Of a stretch of 64,000 nt of DNA, positions 56,701 to 64,000 are shown one piece after another. The DNA lies in contig JBJXDZ010000047.1 of assembly GCA_046154645.1 (NCBI GenBank), positions 3,269-67,268 on the forward strand, in the 5' to 3' direction. The first letter of the stretch is position 1. Each line of letters starts with the position of its first letter. The notes under the pieces were generated by a model that ran no database searches, was not told the origin of the DNA, and saw only the letters and a program-made list of their open reading frames with translations. This DNA comes from Hyphomicrobiaceae bacterium. Lineage in GTDB: Bacteria; Pseudomonadota; Alphaproteobacteria; Rhizobiales; Hyphomicrobiaceae. Made by a program: the position numbers and the translations under genes.

Positions 56701-57241
56701 GCGGGAAGAGATCGATCAGGCTGCCGCGCACGGCATATTCGCCGGGCTCCATGACGGTGCCGGTGCGCACGAAGCCGGCACGCATAAGGCGGTCGATCAG
56801 CTCGGCGCGGTCGATGCGCTGTCCCGGTGCGATCTGCTTCAAGGCGCGCTTGATGAAGTCACGCGGCGGCAAGCGCTGCAATACCGCATTGACGGTGGTC
56901 AGAACCACCGTCGGCTCCTTGCGCGATCCGGCCGCCAGCATGGCCAGCGAGGTGATGCGCTTGGCCACGATCTCGGAGTTGGGCCCGATACGGTCATAAG
57001 GCACGGTGTCCCAGGCCGGCAGCGCGATGACCTTGGTCTTGGCCGAGAAGAAGGCGAGAGCCGCTTCGAGTTCACCCAGGCGTCGATCATCACGGGCAAT
57101 ATGCAGGATGGCCTGCGGCGAGCCGAGCCGCGCCGAGGTCTCCGCCGCCAGTTGCGCCAGCACAAAGCCGTCGTAGCCCTCAGGCACGCCGGTGAGCACC
57201 TCTGGGCCAGCTGCCGGCCTGGATTTTGCCGCCGCTGTCAC
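53738..57241 (-). CDS. mfd: transcription-repair coupling factor
   Basis: 1167 aa. Helicase motif I GDVGFGKTEVA, plus DEEQHFGV and a TRG-type C-terminal region. Confidence 0.97.
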   Translation of the reverse strand: MTAAAKSRPAAGPEVLTGVPEGYDGFVLAQLAAETSARLGSPQAILHIARDDRRLGELEAALAFFSAKTKVIALPAWDTVPYDRIGPNSEIVAKRITSLAMLAAGSRKEPTVVLTTVNAVLQRLPPRDFIKRALKQIAPGQRIDRAELIDRLMRAGFVRTGTVMEPGEYAVRGSLIDLFPPGRQTPVRLDFFDDTLEAIKSFDIETQRTAKVVQRLLLTPMSEVAFGEHGTSRFRQAYIAAFGANKEGDPLYEAVSAGHRYPGVEHWLPLFHDRMETLLDYLPEAPVSLDHMAGGAIADRLMQIKEHYEARVDALEATKFGAPPYKPLPPERLYISEGEWQRLLNAREWRLLTPFDQGDDASPGASVRAFRGRSGGNFATERTAEGGDLFGAVVARIKQLMGQGKRVIVAAWTIGARERLTTLLTEHGLADLRRIESYDEALTIPATTPMLAVLGLEEGFETPDLAVIGEQDILGDRLVRPRRKSRRAADVITEATSLSVGDLVVHADHGIGRFVGLQTITALGEPHDCLELHYHGGDKLYLPVENIDLLSRYGSDETTAELDRLGSLAWQGRKSRLKKRLREIAGELIKIAALRQLREAPILAPPAGAFDEFVARFPYEATEDQASSIDAVIEDLGSGRPMDRLVCGDVGFGKTEVALRAAFIAAMAGLQVAVVVPTTLLARQHYKTFSTRFQGLPLRLGRASRMVPTKELAEVKTGMKDGTIDIVVGTHALLSKTVDFARLGLLIIDEEQHFGVGHKERLKQLKEEVHVLTLTATPIPRTLQLALSGVRELSLITTPPVDRLAVRTYISPLDPVILREALRRERHRGGQTFYVVPRIADLDDVGEFLAEHTPELKVARAHGQLAPTELEDVMTAFYEGQYDVLLSTAIVESGLDIPNANTLIVHRADMFGLAQLYQLRGRVGRSKIRAYAYFTTPVGQKLTEGAEKRLKVLQSLDTLGAGFSLASHDLDIRGAGNLLGDEQSGHIREVGFELYQSMLEETIASLKGGDLEAANEQWSPQIQLGTPVLLPESYIADLQVRLGLYRRLSNLKTREEIDNFGAELVDRFGMLPPEVEHLLDVVEIKALCRRASVASLDAGPRGASIVFRKGQFTNPDGLVKMIAASKGMVKVQPDMKLVFRAEWDSANARLKGARGLVAELARLADAA

Positions 57242-57528
57242 GCTGCGCCAACCTTTTCGGCGAGGCCGTGGAAGGCGCGGATGCGCGCAATCAGCGGCGT
57301 GAAGGCACTGCGGTCAAACCCCTCGCCGGTCATGAGCCACACCTGCAACGAGGGATCGGGCAGCGCCAGAAACTGCTCGAACTCGTCCATTTCAGGTTCG
57401 TCCATGGCCGCAAGCCGCGCCTCGGCATAGCGGCCCAGCAGAAAATCCATTTCCTTGGTGCCACGATGCTTGGCCCGGTACAGGGCGCGACGGCGGCGCT
57501 CCTCGAGCGGCTTTGGCGGCTCAGTCAT
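57238..57528 (-). CDS. sdhE: succinate dehydrogenase assembly factor 2 (SdhE/DUF339)
   Basis: Contains the RGTKEMD (RGxxE) motif. 96 aa. The stop overlaps the mfd ATG (ATGA). Confidence 0.85.
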   Translation of the reverse strand: MTEPPKPLEERRRRALYRAKHRGTKEMDFLLGRYAEARLAAMDEPEMDEFEQFLALPDPSLQVWLMTGEGFDRSAFTPLIARIRAFHGLAEKVGAA

Positions 57529-57704
57529 GTCGCGGATTCCCTGGGTTGGTGGACCTATCCACAGCAACGCGGCAAGGCGGCCCCGTGGTTCACACGGCCC
57601 GCCTGTCATCTGTCCCGTGGCGCGTGGTATAGCGCTGGACTTGGGGCCAGGGAAGGCCCCGTTTGGACCCGTCCCGAACCTGTTGCCCCGAACCCTCGAG
57701 TCAC

Positions 57705-59819
57705 ATGCGGCCAGCCTCGTACAATCCGCTGTTTGCTTCCGCCGAAAGCCTGACCGGCATCGGCCCGCGGCTCATTGTGCTGCTGCGCAAGGCGCTGCGG
57801 CTGCCCCCGGGCATCAGCGAGCCAAGGGTGGTCGATCTGCTCTGGCATTTGCCGACCGGCGTCGTCGATCGCCGCGCCGAGCCGACCATCGCCGGCGCCA
57901 CGCCAGGGACCATTGCGACGCTGAAGGTGCGTGTCCTCAAGCACCGGGCACCACCGCGCGGCAATACCAAGGCGCCCTACAAGATCGCCTGCGAGGACGA
58001 CACGGGGCGGCTGGATCTGGTGTTTTTCCATGCCGAGCATCGCTTCATCGAGCGGCAATTGCCGGTCGGCGAGATCCGCTACGTCTCGGGACGCGTCGAA
58101 CGCTACAATGACATTCTGCAGATGTCGCATCCCGACTACATCGTGCCGCCCGAGCGCCGCGATGACCTGCCGCTGATCGAGCCGGTGTATCCACTGACCG
58201 CCGGGCTCTCGGGAAAAGTCCTGGGCAAAGCCATTCGCCAGATCGTCGACCTCATTCCGACGGTGCCGGAGTGGCAGGAACCGCAATGGCTGGCTGAGCG
58301 CGGCTGGCCATCGCTCAGCGAGGCGATCCGACGTCTGCACACGCCGAAGGACGCCAGCGACGTGTCGCCGGGGGCCGCGCCCTGGCTGCGCCTCGCCTAC
58401 GACGAATTGCTGGCCGGGCAGCTGGCGCTGGGCCTTGTGCGCGAAAGCAACAAATCGCGACCCGGCCGCAGCACGATCGGTGACGGCCGCATCCGCGCAC
58501 GCCTCGCCGACGCCCTGCCGTTCTCGCTCACCAATTCCCAGCGCACCGCCATGACCGAGATTGCCGCCGACATGGCGGCGCCAACGCGCATGCTGCGCCT
58601 GCTGCAAGGCGACGTCGGCTCGGGCAAGACCATGGTGGCACTCATGGCGATGGCCATCGCCGTCGAATCCGGCGGGCAAGCCGTTCTGATGGCGCCAACC
58701 GAAGTGCTGGCGCGCCAACATGCGGAGACCATTGCGCCGCTCGCCGAGAAAGCAGGCCTCACGATCGGCTTGCTGACAGGACGCGAGAAAGGCAAGCCGC
58801 GACGCATTCTGCTGGAGAAGCTCGCCGCCGGCGAGGTCGATATTCTCATTGGCACGCATGCCGTCTTCCAACCCGACGTGACGTTCCGTGATCTCGCCTT
58901 TGTGGTCATTGACGAGCAGCATCGCTTCGGCGTGCATCAACGCTTGGCGCTGCAGGCCAAAGGCGGCGCTGAGGGCGTCAACGTGCTGGTGATGACCGCG
59001 ACGCCCATTCCGCGCACGCTGCTCATGACGCACTACGGCGATCTCGATGTCTCACGCCTCACCGAGAAACCGGCGGGCCGCAAGCCCGTGACCACGACAC
59101 TGGTCTCGACCGAGCGCATCGAGGATGTCGTGGAGGGCTTGAAACGCGCCGTGGCGCAAGGCGCGCAGGTCTATTGGGTGTGCCCGCTGATCGAGACCAG
59201 CGAGGTGTCGGAGCTGGCAGCAGCCGAAGCCCGGCACGCGCATCTGGCGCAGCATTTCGGCGATAAGGTGGGCATCCTGCACGGCGCCATGAGCGGCGCG
59301 GCGAAGGATCAGGTCATGGCCGAGTTCTCGTCGGGCAAGCTGTCGCTGCTGGTTGCCACCACGGTCATCGAGGTTGGCGTCAACGTGCCCAATGCTTCGG
59401 TGATGGTGATCGAGCACGCCGAGCGCTTCGGGCTCGCCCAGTTGCATCAGCTGCGCGGTCGCGTCGGGCGTGGCTCCCGGCAAAGCTATTGCATGCTGGC
59501 GTGGAAGCCACCGCTCGGCGAAACCGCGCGGAAGCGGCTCGAAATGATGCGCGAGACCGAGGACGGCTTTCTGATAGCGGAAAAGGACCTCGAATTGCGC
59601 GGTGGCGGTGAAGTGCTGGGCGCTCGCCAATCGGGCATGCCCGAGTTTCGCGTTGCCGACGTGCCGGGCTTTGCCGAGTTGCTGGCTACCGCCCGCGATG
59701 ACGCGCAGATGATCCTGGCCAAGGATCCGGGGCTCACCTCACCCCGCGGCGAGGCGCTGCGCATGCTGCTTTATCTTTTCGAGTGCGACGAGGCGGTGCG
59801 CCTGTTCCGAGCGGCGTAA
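57705..59819 (+). CDS. recG: ATP-dependent DNA helicase RecG
   Basis: Contains RLLQGDVGSGKT, VIDEQHRFGV and QLHQLRGRVGRG. ATG at 57705. Confidence 0.95.
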   Translation: MRPASYNPLFASAESLTGIGPRLIVLLRKALRLPPGISEPRVVDLLWHLPTGVVDRRAEPTIAGATPGTIATLKVRVLKHRAPPRGNTKAPYKIACEDDTGRLDLVFFHAEHRFIERQLPVGEIRYVSGRVERYNDILQMSHPDYIVPPERRDDLPLIEPVYPLTAGLSGKVLGKAIRQIVDLIPTVPEWQEPQWLAERGWPSLSEAIRRLHTPKDASDVSPGAAPWLRLAYDELLAGQLALGLVRESNKSRPGRSTIGDGRIRARLADALPFSLTNSQRTAMTEIAADMAAPTRMLRLLQGDVGSGKTMVALMAMAIAVESGGQAVLMAPTEVLARQHAETIAPLAEKAGLTIGLLTGREKGKPRRILLEKLAAGEVDILIGTHAVFQPDVTFRDLAFVVIDEQHRFGVHQRLALQAKGGAEGVNVLVMTATPIPRTLLMTHYGDLDVSRLTEKPAGRKPVTTTLVSTERIEDVVEGLKRAVAQGAQVYWVCPLIETSEVSELAAAEARHAHLAQHFGDKVGILHGAMSGAAKDQVMAEFSSGKLSLLVATTVIEVGVNVPNASVMVIEHAERFGLAQLHQLRGRVGRGSRQSYCMLAWKPPLGETARKRLEMMRETEDGFLIAEKDLELRGGGEVLGARQSGMPEFRVADVPGFAELLATARDDAQMILAKDPGLTSPRGEALRMLLYLFECDEAVRLFRAA

Positions 59820-59826
59820 GAGGTGT

Positions 59827-59860
59827 CACGAGTGGGCGCGGGACGTCCACGCGCCTCGTG
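59827..59860. terminator. GC-rich hairpin between convergent genes (possible bidirectional terminator, no U-tract)
   Basis: CACGAG (59827-32) pairs with CTCGTG (59855-60). GCGCG (59836-40) pairs with CGCGC (59850-54). The loop contains the GGACGTCC palindrome. Confidence 0.4.
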
Positions 59861-59898
59861 AAGGCTGCCGCAAACCACCCCTCGCGCCCGCCTCTCCC

Positions 59899-61506
59899 TC
59901 ACTGCAGTCCGGCCAGACCCATGGCTTTGCCATAGCGGCGGCTCGATTCGAGGAAGTCGCCATACTTGCGATGCACGGCGGTGTGCTGCACGCAAGCCAG
60001 CAGCAGTCGATCACGGTCGAAGGCGCGGTTCTTGGCGTAGTCCTCGAGCAGCAACTGGCCAAGTTCCTGGTTGTGCGGATCGTTGCCAATGCGCGAGGCA
60101 CACAGCGCCAACTGCTGGGTCAACGGCACCGTGTCGCCACCGGCTGCAAGATAAGCCCGCGTCCAGGCAATCGCCTGCGGGCCATCGAGGGCCACGGTCG
60201 CCGCCACGATGTGCTCGAGCATGGCGGCCGGGTTCTTCGATGACGCGCCGGCGGGTAGCTCGGCCCTGATCTCGCGATAGTCGTTGGTTTGGCGACCGTG
60301 CCACGCGTTGCGGTTGAGATAGGACGTGGCGACATAGAGCAGCTTCAGGCGCTGCGCATGCTCGAAGGTGTCGTAGAACCAGCCGAGCGTGTTGAGATAC
60401 TCGTAGCAGTGCTGGGGAATCGAGAAATTCAGCGTGTCCTGCGTCGCCAGAAGTACCTGTGCGCCGCCGATCTGGAGCACGTCGAGAATCTGGCGCGGCC
60501 CCTTACCGGCGAGCAGCAGTGCACTCAACGCCTCCTGGAATGCGGGTTCATGGCCATTGAGAACCACGTCCAGGAAGGCTTCCGCCTCGTCTTTCGACAG
60601 CGGCTTGGTCTGGCGCAGGATCTCGGCTTCCTTGGATGTCGCGCCGCCATAGGGAATAGCCGAGATCTTTTGCTTCTCGATGTAATGCGTGATGCAATTG
60701 CACGCCATCTCGTAGGTCGAATACCAGCGCGGGCCAACGGCGATGTCGAGCGCGCCGGCGTAAAGCACGTGGTGTGCGTTGTCCCAGCCGACGAAATTGC
60801 CAAGCTCCACCGTGGCGCGGGCGCGGAAGGCTTTGTGGCCCGTGGTGTATGAGCGGTTGAGATAAACGCGGTCCTGCAGATCGATCAGACCGGCGAAACA
60901 CATCTGCGCCAGCGCTGCCTTGCGATGCGCGGGCTCCTGCATGATGCCGAGGAAGACGCGATAGGCCTCCAGCACATGGCCGCGATGGACGAGGTCCAGC
61001 CAGCGGTCCAGCTTGTCGTCGATCGAGCCTTCGATGTGCTCGGCCGTTTGATCCGGCCAATGCACCACGGGGGTTACCGGCTTGCCTTCGATTGGCTTGC
61101 CGCTGCGCGCGTAGTGGCCCGGCGCCTTGTTGATCTTCTGGTTCCAGATGTCGAGGCCGGTCGGGATGTACCAGACAGTTTGGGCCATCGGCAGGCCGGC
61201 CAGCTGGGCCGGCAGCAGCTTGGTCAGGTGCGTGGTGGCACGTGCCGACAGCAGGCAATGGTCATTATTGACGAAGTTCACGAAACCCTGGTCGATGCGC
61301 TCGTGATAGGGCACGTGCGTTAGCGGCGCGTGGATGCGGACGCCTTCGTTGACGATCTCCGGCAACGGCCGCCCCAGCTTCACCAGTCCGTAGTAGGCCT
61401 CGCTGGCGCCGACCTGATCACGCGCGAGGATCCGATCCTCCATTTTCTCGTAGAGGGCGCGGGCACCCGTGTCAGCAACGGGCGTGTAAGGCGTGTCCTG
61501 CGGCAT
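59899..61506 (-). CDS. large conserved-looking hypothetical protein, no recognised domain
   Basis: 535 aa from the ATG at 61506, with GAGGGA 7 nt upstream. GC3-rich throughout, soluble, with no TM segment or signal peptide. Confidence 0.7.
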   Translation of the reverse strand: MPQDTPYTPVADTGARALYEKMEDRILARDQVGASEAYYGLVKLGRPLPEIVNEGVRIHAPLTHVPYHERIDQGFVNFVNNDHCLLSARATTHLTKLLPAQLAGLPMAQTVWYIPTGLDIWNQKINKAPGHYARSGKPIEGKPVTPVVHWPDQTAEHIEGSIDDKLDRWLDLVHRGHVLEAYRVFLGIMQEPAHRKAALAQMCFAGLIDLQDRVYLNRSYTTGHKAFRARATVELGNFVGWDNAHHVLYAGALDIAVGPRWYSTYEMACNCITHYIEKQKISAIPYGGATSKEAEILRQTKPLSKDEAEAFLDVVLNGHEPAFQEALSALLLAGKGPRQILDVLQIGGAQVLLATQDTLNFSIPQHCYEYLNTLGWFYDTFEHAQRLKLLYVATSYLNRNAWHGRQTNDYREIRAELPAGASSKNPAAMLEHIVAATVALDGPQAIAWTRAYLAAGGDTVPLTQQLALCASRIGNDPHNQELGQLLLEDYAKNRAFDRDRLLLACVQHTAVHRKYGDFLESSRRYGKAMGLAGLQ

Positions 61507-61810
61507 GTGGCATCCCTCGCTTGACGGAGCGTGATCACTGCGCGAGCCGCCCCGGCTTGGACTCGAGAGGCGGTCCGTGAATGGCAACGACGGAGCGAAA
61601 GTATGGCACGCGTTTTCGCGAGCGGGTAGCGGCAAACGTGTGCCGCGGGCGCGTCACCCATATGCGATTTCAGAATGCGGTTTACGGTCGGCCCGGCGCG
61701 CGACGGCGCTCAGCTTGACCCGCTCATGCTGCAGTGCACACGCCCGACCGGTCCGCATGTCGGTGCCATCATGCCTGCTGGGACCCGACCCTCGCTTCGC
61801 TGGCGCAACA

Positions 61811-61840
61811 TTGACACGCGCGCCAGCCCTCAAGGATACT
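61811..61840 (+). promoter_or_regulatory. sigma70-like promoter candidate for the peptide ABC operon
   Basis: TTGACA (61811-61816), an 18-nt spacer, then GATACT (61835-61840). It sits 57 nt upstream of the ATG at 61897. Confidence 0.3.
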
Positions 61841-61896
61841 TTCCCCGCTCAGACACAACGAGCGGTGGGATTTCGCATTCGGGGAGTTCACTCGTC

Positions 61897-63549
61897 ATGC
61901 TGTGGCGTAAATGCAAAGCGGGTGTCGCGACGACACTCTTCACGTTCGCCCTGGCTGCCACGGCGTTGGCGCAGTCGCCGCCGGCCCAGAAGGGCACGCT
62001 CATTTTCGCCGTCGAATCGCTGGCCGCCCAAACCCTCGACCCGATCCTCGAGGGGCGCCCCGGCAATGCGGTCTACCAAGCGGCCATGTTCGACAGTCTG
62101 GTTGGTTTCAACCTGGAGAAGGGCGGCGTCGGTCCCGGCGTTGCCGAACGCTGGGAGATGTCAGCCGATGGCCTCGCCTGGACGTTCTACCTGCGCCCAG
62201 GCCAGAAGTTCCACAATGGCGATCCGCTGACCGCCCACGACGTCAAGTTCAGCCTCGAGCGGCAGATGTCGCCGAAATCGCTGGCTGCCGCGGCCGGCTC
62301 CATGCGTCGCTCAATCAAGAGCATCGACGTGGTCGACGAACTTACCGTGCGCATCAATACGACAAGCCCACAGATCGGCTTGCCGCCGTCCCTCAGTCGC
62401 GCCGTGGCCCCTGAGGGCGCCATCATGCCGAAGGCCTATTTCGAGAAAGTCGGGGAGGAGGAATTCCGCAAGAAACCGATCGGCAGCGGTCCCTGGAAGT
62501 TCCTGCGCAACGTGCCCGGCGATCGCATCGAATTCGAAGCCGTGGATTATGCCCACTGGCGCGGCCGGCCGCATTTCAAGCAGTTGCACATGCTGCAGAT
62601 CCCTGAAGAAAGCACCCGCGTCGCCATGGTTCGCACGGGCGAGGCCGCGATCGCATCGATCAGCCCTGAGACCGTGCTCGGGGCCGGCCGTGGCGGTCTG
62701 GAAGTGCTCACCGTGCCCGCCACTATGCAGGCGATCTTCCAGTTCTATGGGGTGTGGCGGCCGTCGGTGAAAGACGATCCCATCACCAAGGTGCGCGTGC
62801 GGCAGGCCTTGTCACTGGCCATCGATCGCGCCCAGGTGATCGAGCACGTGATGGCCGGCAAAGCCGACGTGCCGCGCCCCTTCTCCACCTTCGCTTACAC
62901 CGACAGCCTGAGCATCGACCGTTGGAAAAAATGGTCTGATGAGAACTACCGCTATGATCCGGCGCTGGCCAAGAAGATCTTGGCCGAAGAGGGCTATCCG
63001 AACGGCTTCGAGCTGAAGTTTGCCAATACCGCGCTGCCGGGGACGCAATTCATGGTCAACATCGGCACCGTGATCGCGGACATGTGGACCAAGATCGGCG
63101 TCAAGGTCACCGTCAAGCACTACGAGTGGGGCGCCTTTCCGCCGCTGCAGAAGGGCGACCAGCCGAACCTGACGGGCTGGGCCTCGATGTACCGGACGGC
63201 CGGCCGGCCAGATGCACCCTGGCGCTACTACTCGGCGTTTGCCCCCGACAGCAGCGAGCGCATGCTCGGTGACAAGGACAACTGCCCGGAGCTGTGCAAG
63301 AAATTCAACGACATCTACAAGGACGTGATCAACGAACGCGATCCCGCCAAACGTACGGCCTTGAACGACCAGATGGTGCAGCTCATCGCCGACCAGTGGA
63401 TCGTGATCCCGATCATCGAGGGCATGGGCTATTACGCCATCAACACCAAGAAGGTCGGCGAATTTGCCGCCATTCCTGGCCGGCACGAGCTTGGCGATGT
63501 GTTCGAGCGTGTGCCGCACCCGGACCAGAAGCCGTGGAAGAAGAAGTGA
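61897..63549 (+). CDS. ABC transporter substrate-binding protein, family 5 (peptide/nickel, DppA-like)
   Basis: ATG at 61897. Signal peptide MLWRKCKAGVATTLFTFALAATALAQ. SBP_bac_5-like body. Confidence 0.9.
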   Translation: MLWRKCKAGVATTLFTFALAATALAQSPPAQKGTLIFAVESLAAQTLDPILEGRPGNAVYQAAMFDSLVGFNLEKGGVGPGVAERWEMSADGLAWTFYLRPGQKFHNGDPLTAHDVKFSLERQMSPKSLAAAAGSMRRSIKSIDVVDELTVRINTTSPQIGLPPSLSRAVAPEGAIMPKAYFEKVGEEEFRKKPIGSGPWKFLRNVPGDRIEFEAVDYAHWRGRPHFKQLHMLQIPEESTRVAMVRTGEAAIASISPETVLGAGRGGLEVLTVPATMQAIFQFYGVWRPSVKDDPITKVRVRQALSLAIDRAQVIEHVMAGKADVPRPFSTFAYTDSLSIDRWKKWSDENYRYDPALAKKILAEEGYPNGFELKFANTALPGTQFMVNIGTVIADMWTKIGVKVTVKHYEWGAFPPLQKGDQPNLTGWASMYRTAGRPDAPWRYYSAFAPDSSERMLGDKDNCPELCKKFNDIYKDVINERDPAKRTALNDQMVQLIADQWIVIPIIEGMGYYAINTKKVGEFAAIPGRHELGDVFERVPHPDQKPWKKK

Positions 63550-63614
63550 CCGGGATCCGGACGTCGCCGCCACTGTGAATGGTGTGAGAATGTGGGCTTC
63601 GAGGATACCTGCGC

Positions 63615-64000
63615 ATGAGCCGCTTCATCGTTCGCAGGTTGTTGCAAGGCCTTGTGCTGCTGGTGCTGGTGTCGACGGTGGTGTTCTTTCTCGGGCGGCT
63701 GACGGGCAACCCCGTGGACATGATGCTGCCGGAGGATGCCACCGCTGAGGATCGCGAGCGCTTGATCCGAACACTGGGCCTCGATGGCTCGCTGTTCACG
63801 CAATACGTTGCGTTTATCGGCAGCGCCCTGCAAGGCGATCTCGGCACCTCGATTCGCATGCGCCAGCCGGCCGTCGAGGTTTTCTTCTCGCGCCTCCCCA
63901 ACACACTCGCCATCATCCCCTGGGCACTCATCCTGGCCATGGTGGTGGGCATCCCGCTCGGCGTTGTGGCAGCGCTCAATCGCGGCCGCTTTCTCGACCG
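63615..64000 (+). CDS. ABC transporter permease (DppB-like), 5' part; runs off the right edge
   Basis: MSRFIVRRLLQGLVLLVLVSTVVFFLGRLTGNPVDMMLPEDAT..., the canonical DppB/OppB N-terminus. Confidence 0.9.
   Translation, partial: MSRFIVRRLLQGLVLLVLVSTVVFFLGRLTGNPVDMMLPEDATAEDRERLIRTLGLDGSLFTQYVAFIGSALQGDLGTSIRMRQPAVEVFFSRLPNTLAIIPWALILAMVVGIPLGVVAALNRGRFLD

Noticed and set aside
1-64000. Search for tRNA, rRNA, tmRNA, IS elements and integrases in all intergenic gaps longer than 150 bp
   Set aside because: I saw no T-loop-like GGTTCGAATCC or its complement, no rRNA-like conserved blocks, no terminal inverted repeats flanking a transposase-like ORF, and no recombinase motifs.

Overview
High-GC alphaproteobacterial chromosome segment. 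The synteny looks Rhizobiales/Bradyrhizobiaceae-like (hisB-DUF2628-hisH; mfd-sdhE divergent from recG), but that placement is an inference. I call about 58 protein-coding genes, densely packed on both strands. Housekeeping genes include hisB, hisH, nadK, cutA, mfd, sdhE, recG, metY, msrA, msrB, ggt and acyP. These are interspersed with sugar-acid catabolism (kdgK/eda, dgoK/dgoA), oxidoreductases, two ABC uptake systems, an IorAB-type molybdoenzyme and a small glycan-synthesis cluster. I found no rRNA, tRNA, CRISPR array, IS element, integrase or prophage. I also recognised no classical transcription factor anywhere in the window. The most interesting signal is at 23412-24668. Two ORFs in the supplied track are one reading frame interrupted by a single TGA, inside a PrdB/GrdB-family (selenoprotein B-like) gene. 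The TGA falls in a U-x-x-C context, and a GC-rich hairpin with GU in its loop starts 11 nt downstream. This is a candidate selenocysteine gene that standard ORF calling splits. It has no PrdA/GrdA/GrdE partners and appears co-transcribed with metY and a hydrolase. Other observations: an LvaD/LvaA/LvaB-like kinase module without its dehydrogenase; a (GTCCGTG)x6 microsatellite upstream of eda; five in-frame 87-bp repeats in a peptidoglycan-binding coiled-coil protein; REP-like hairpins; a nested perfect palindrome; a cNMP-gated patatin lipase divergent from a glycan cluster; and a 535-aa protein with no domain I recognise. All functional calls rest on motif and family recognition by eye; no searches were run.
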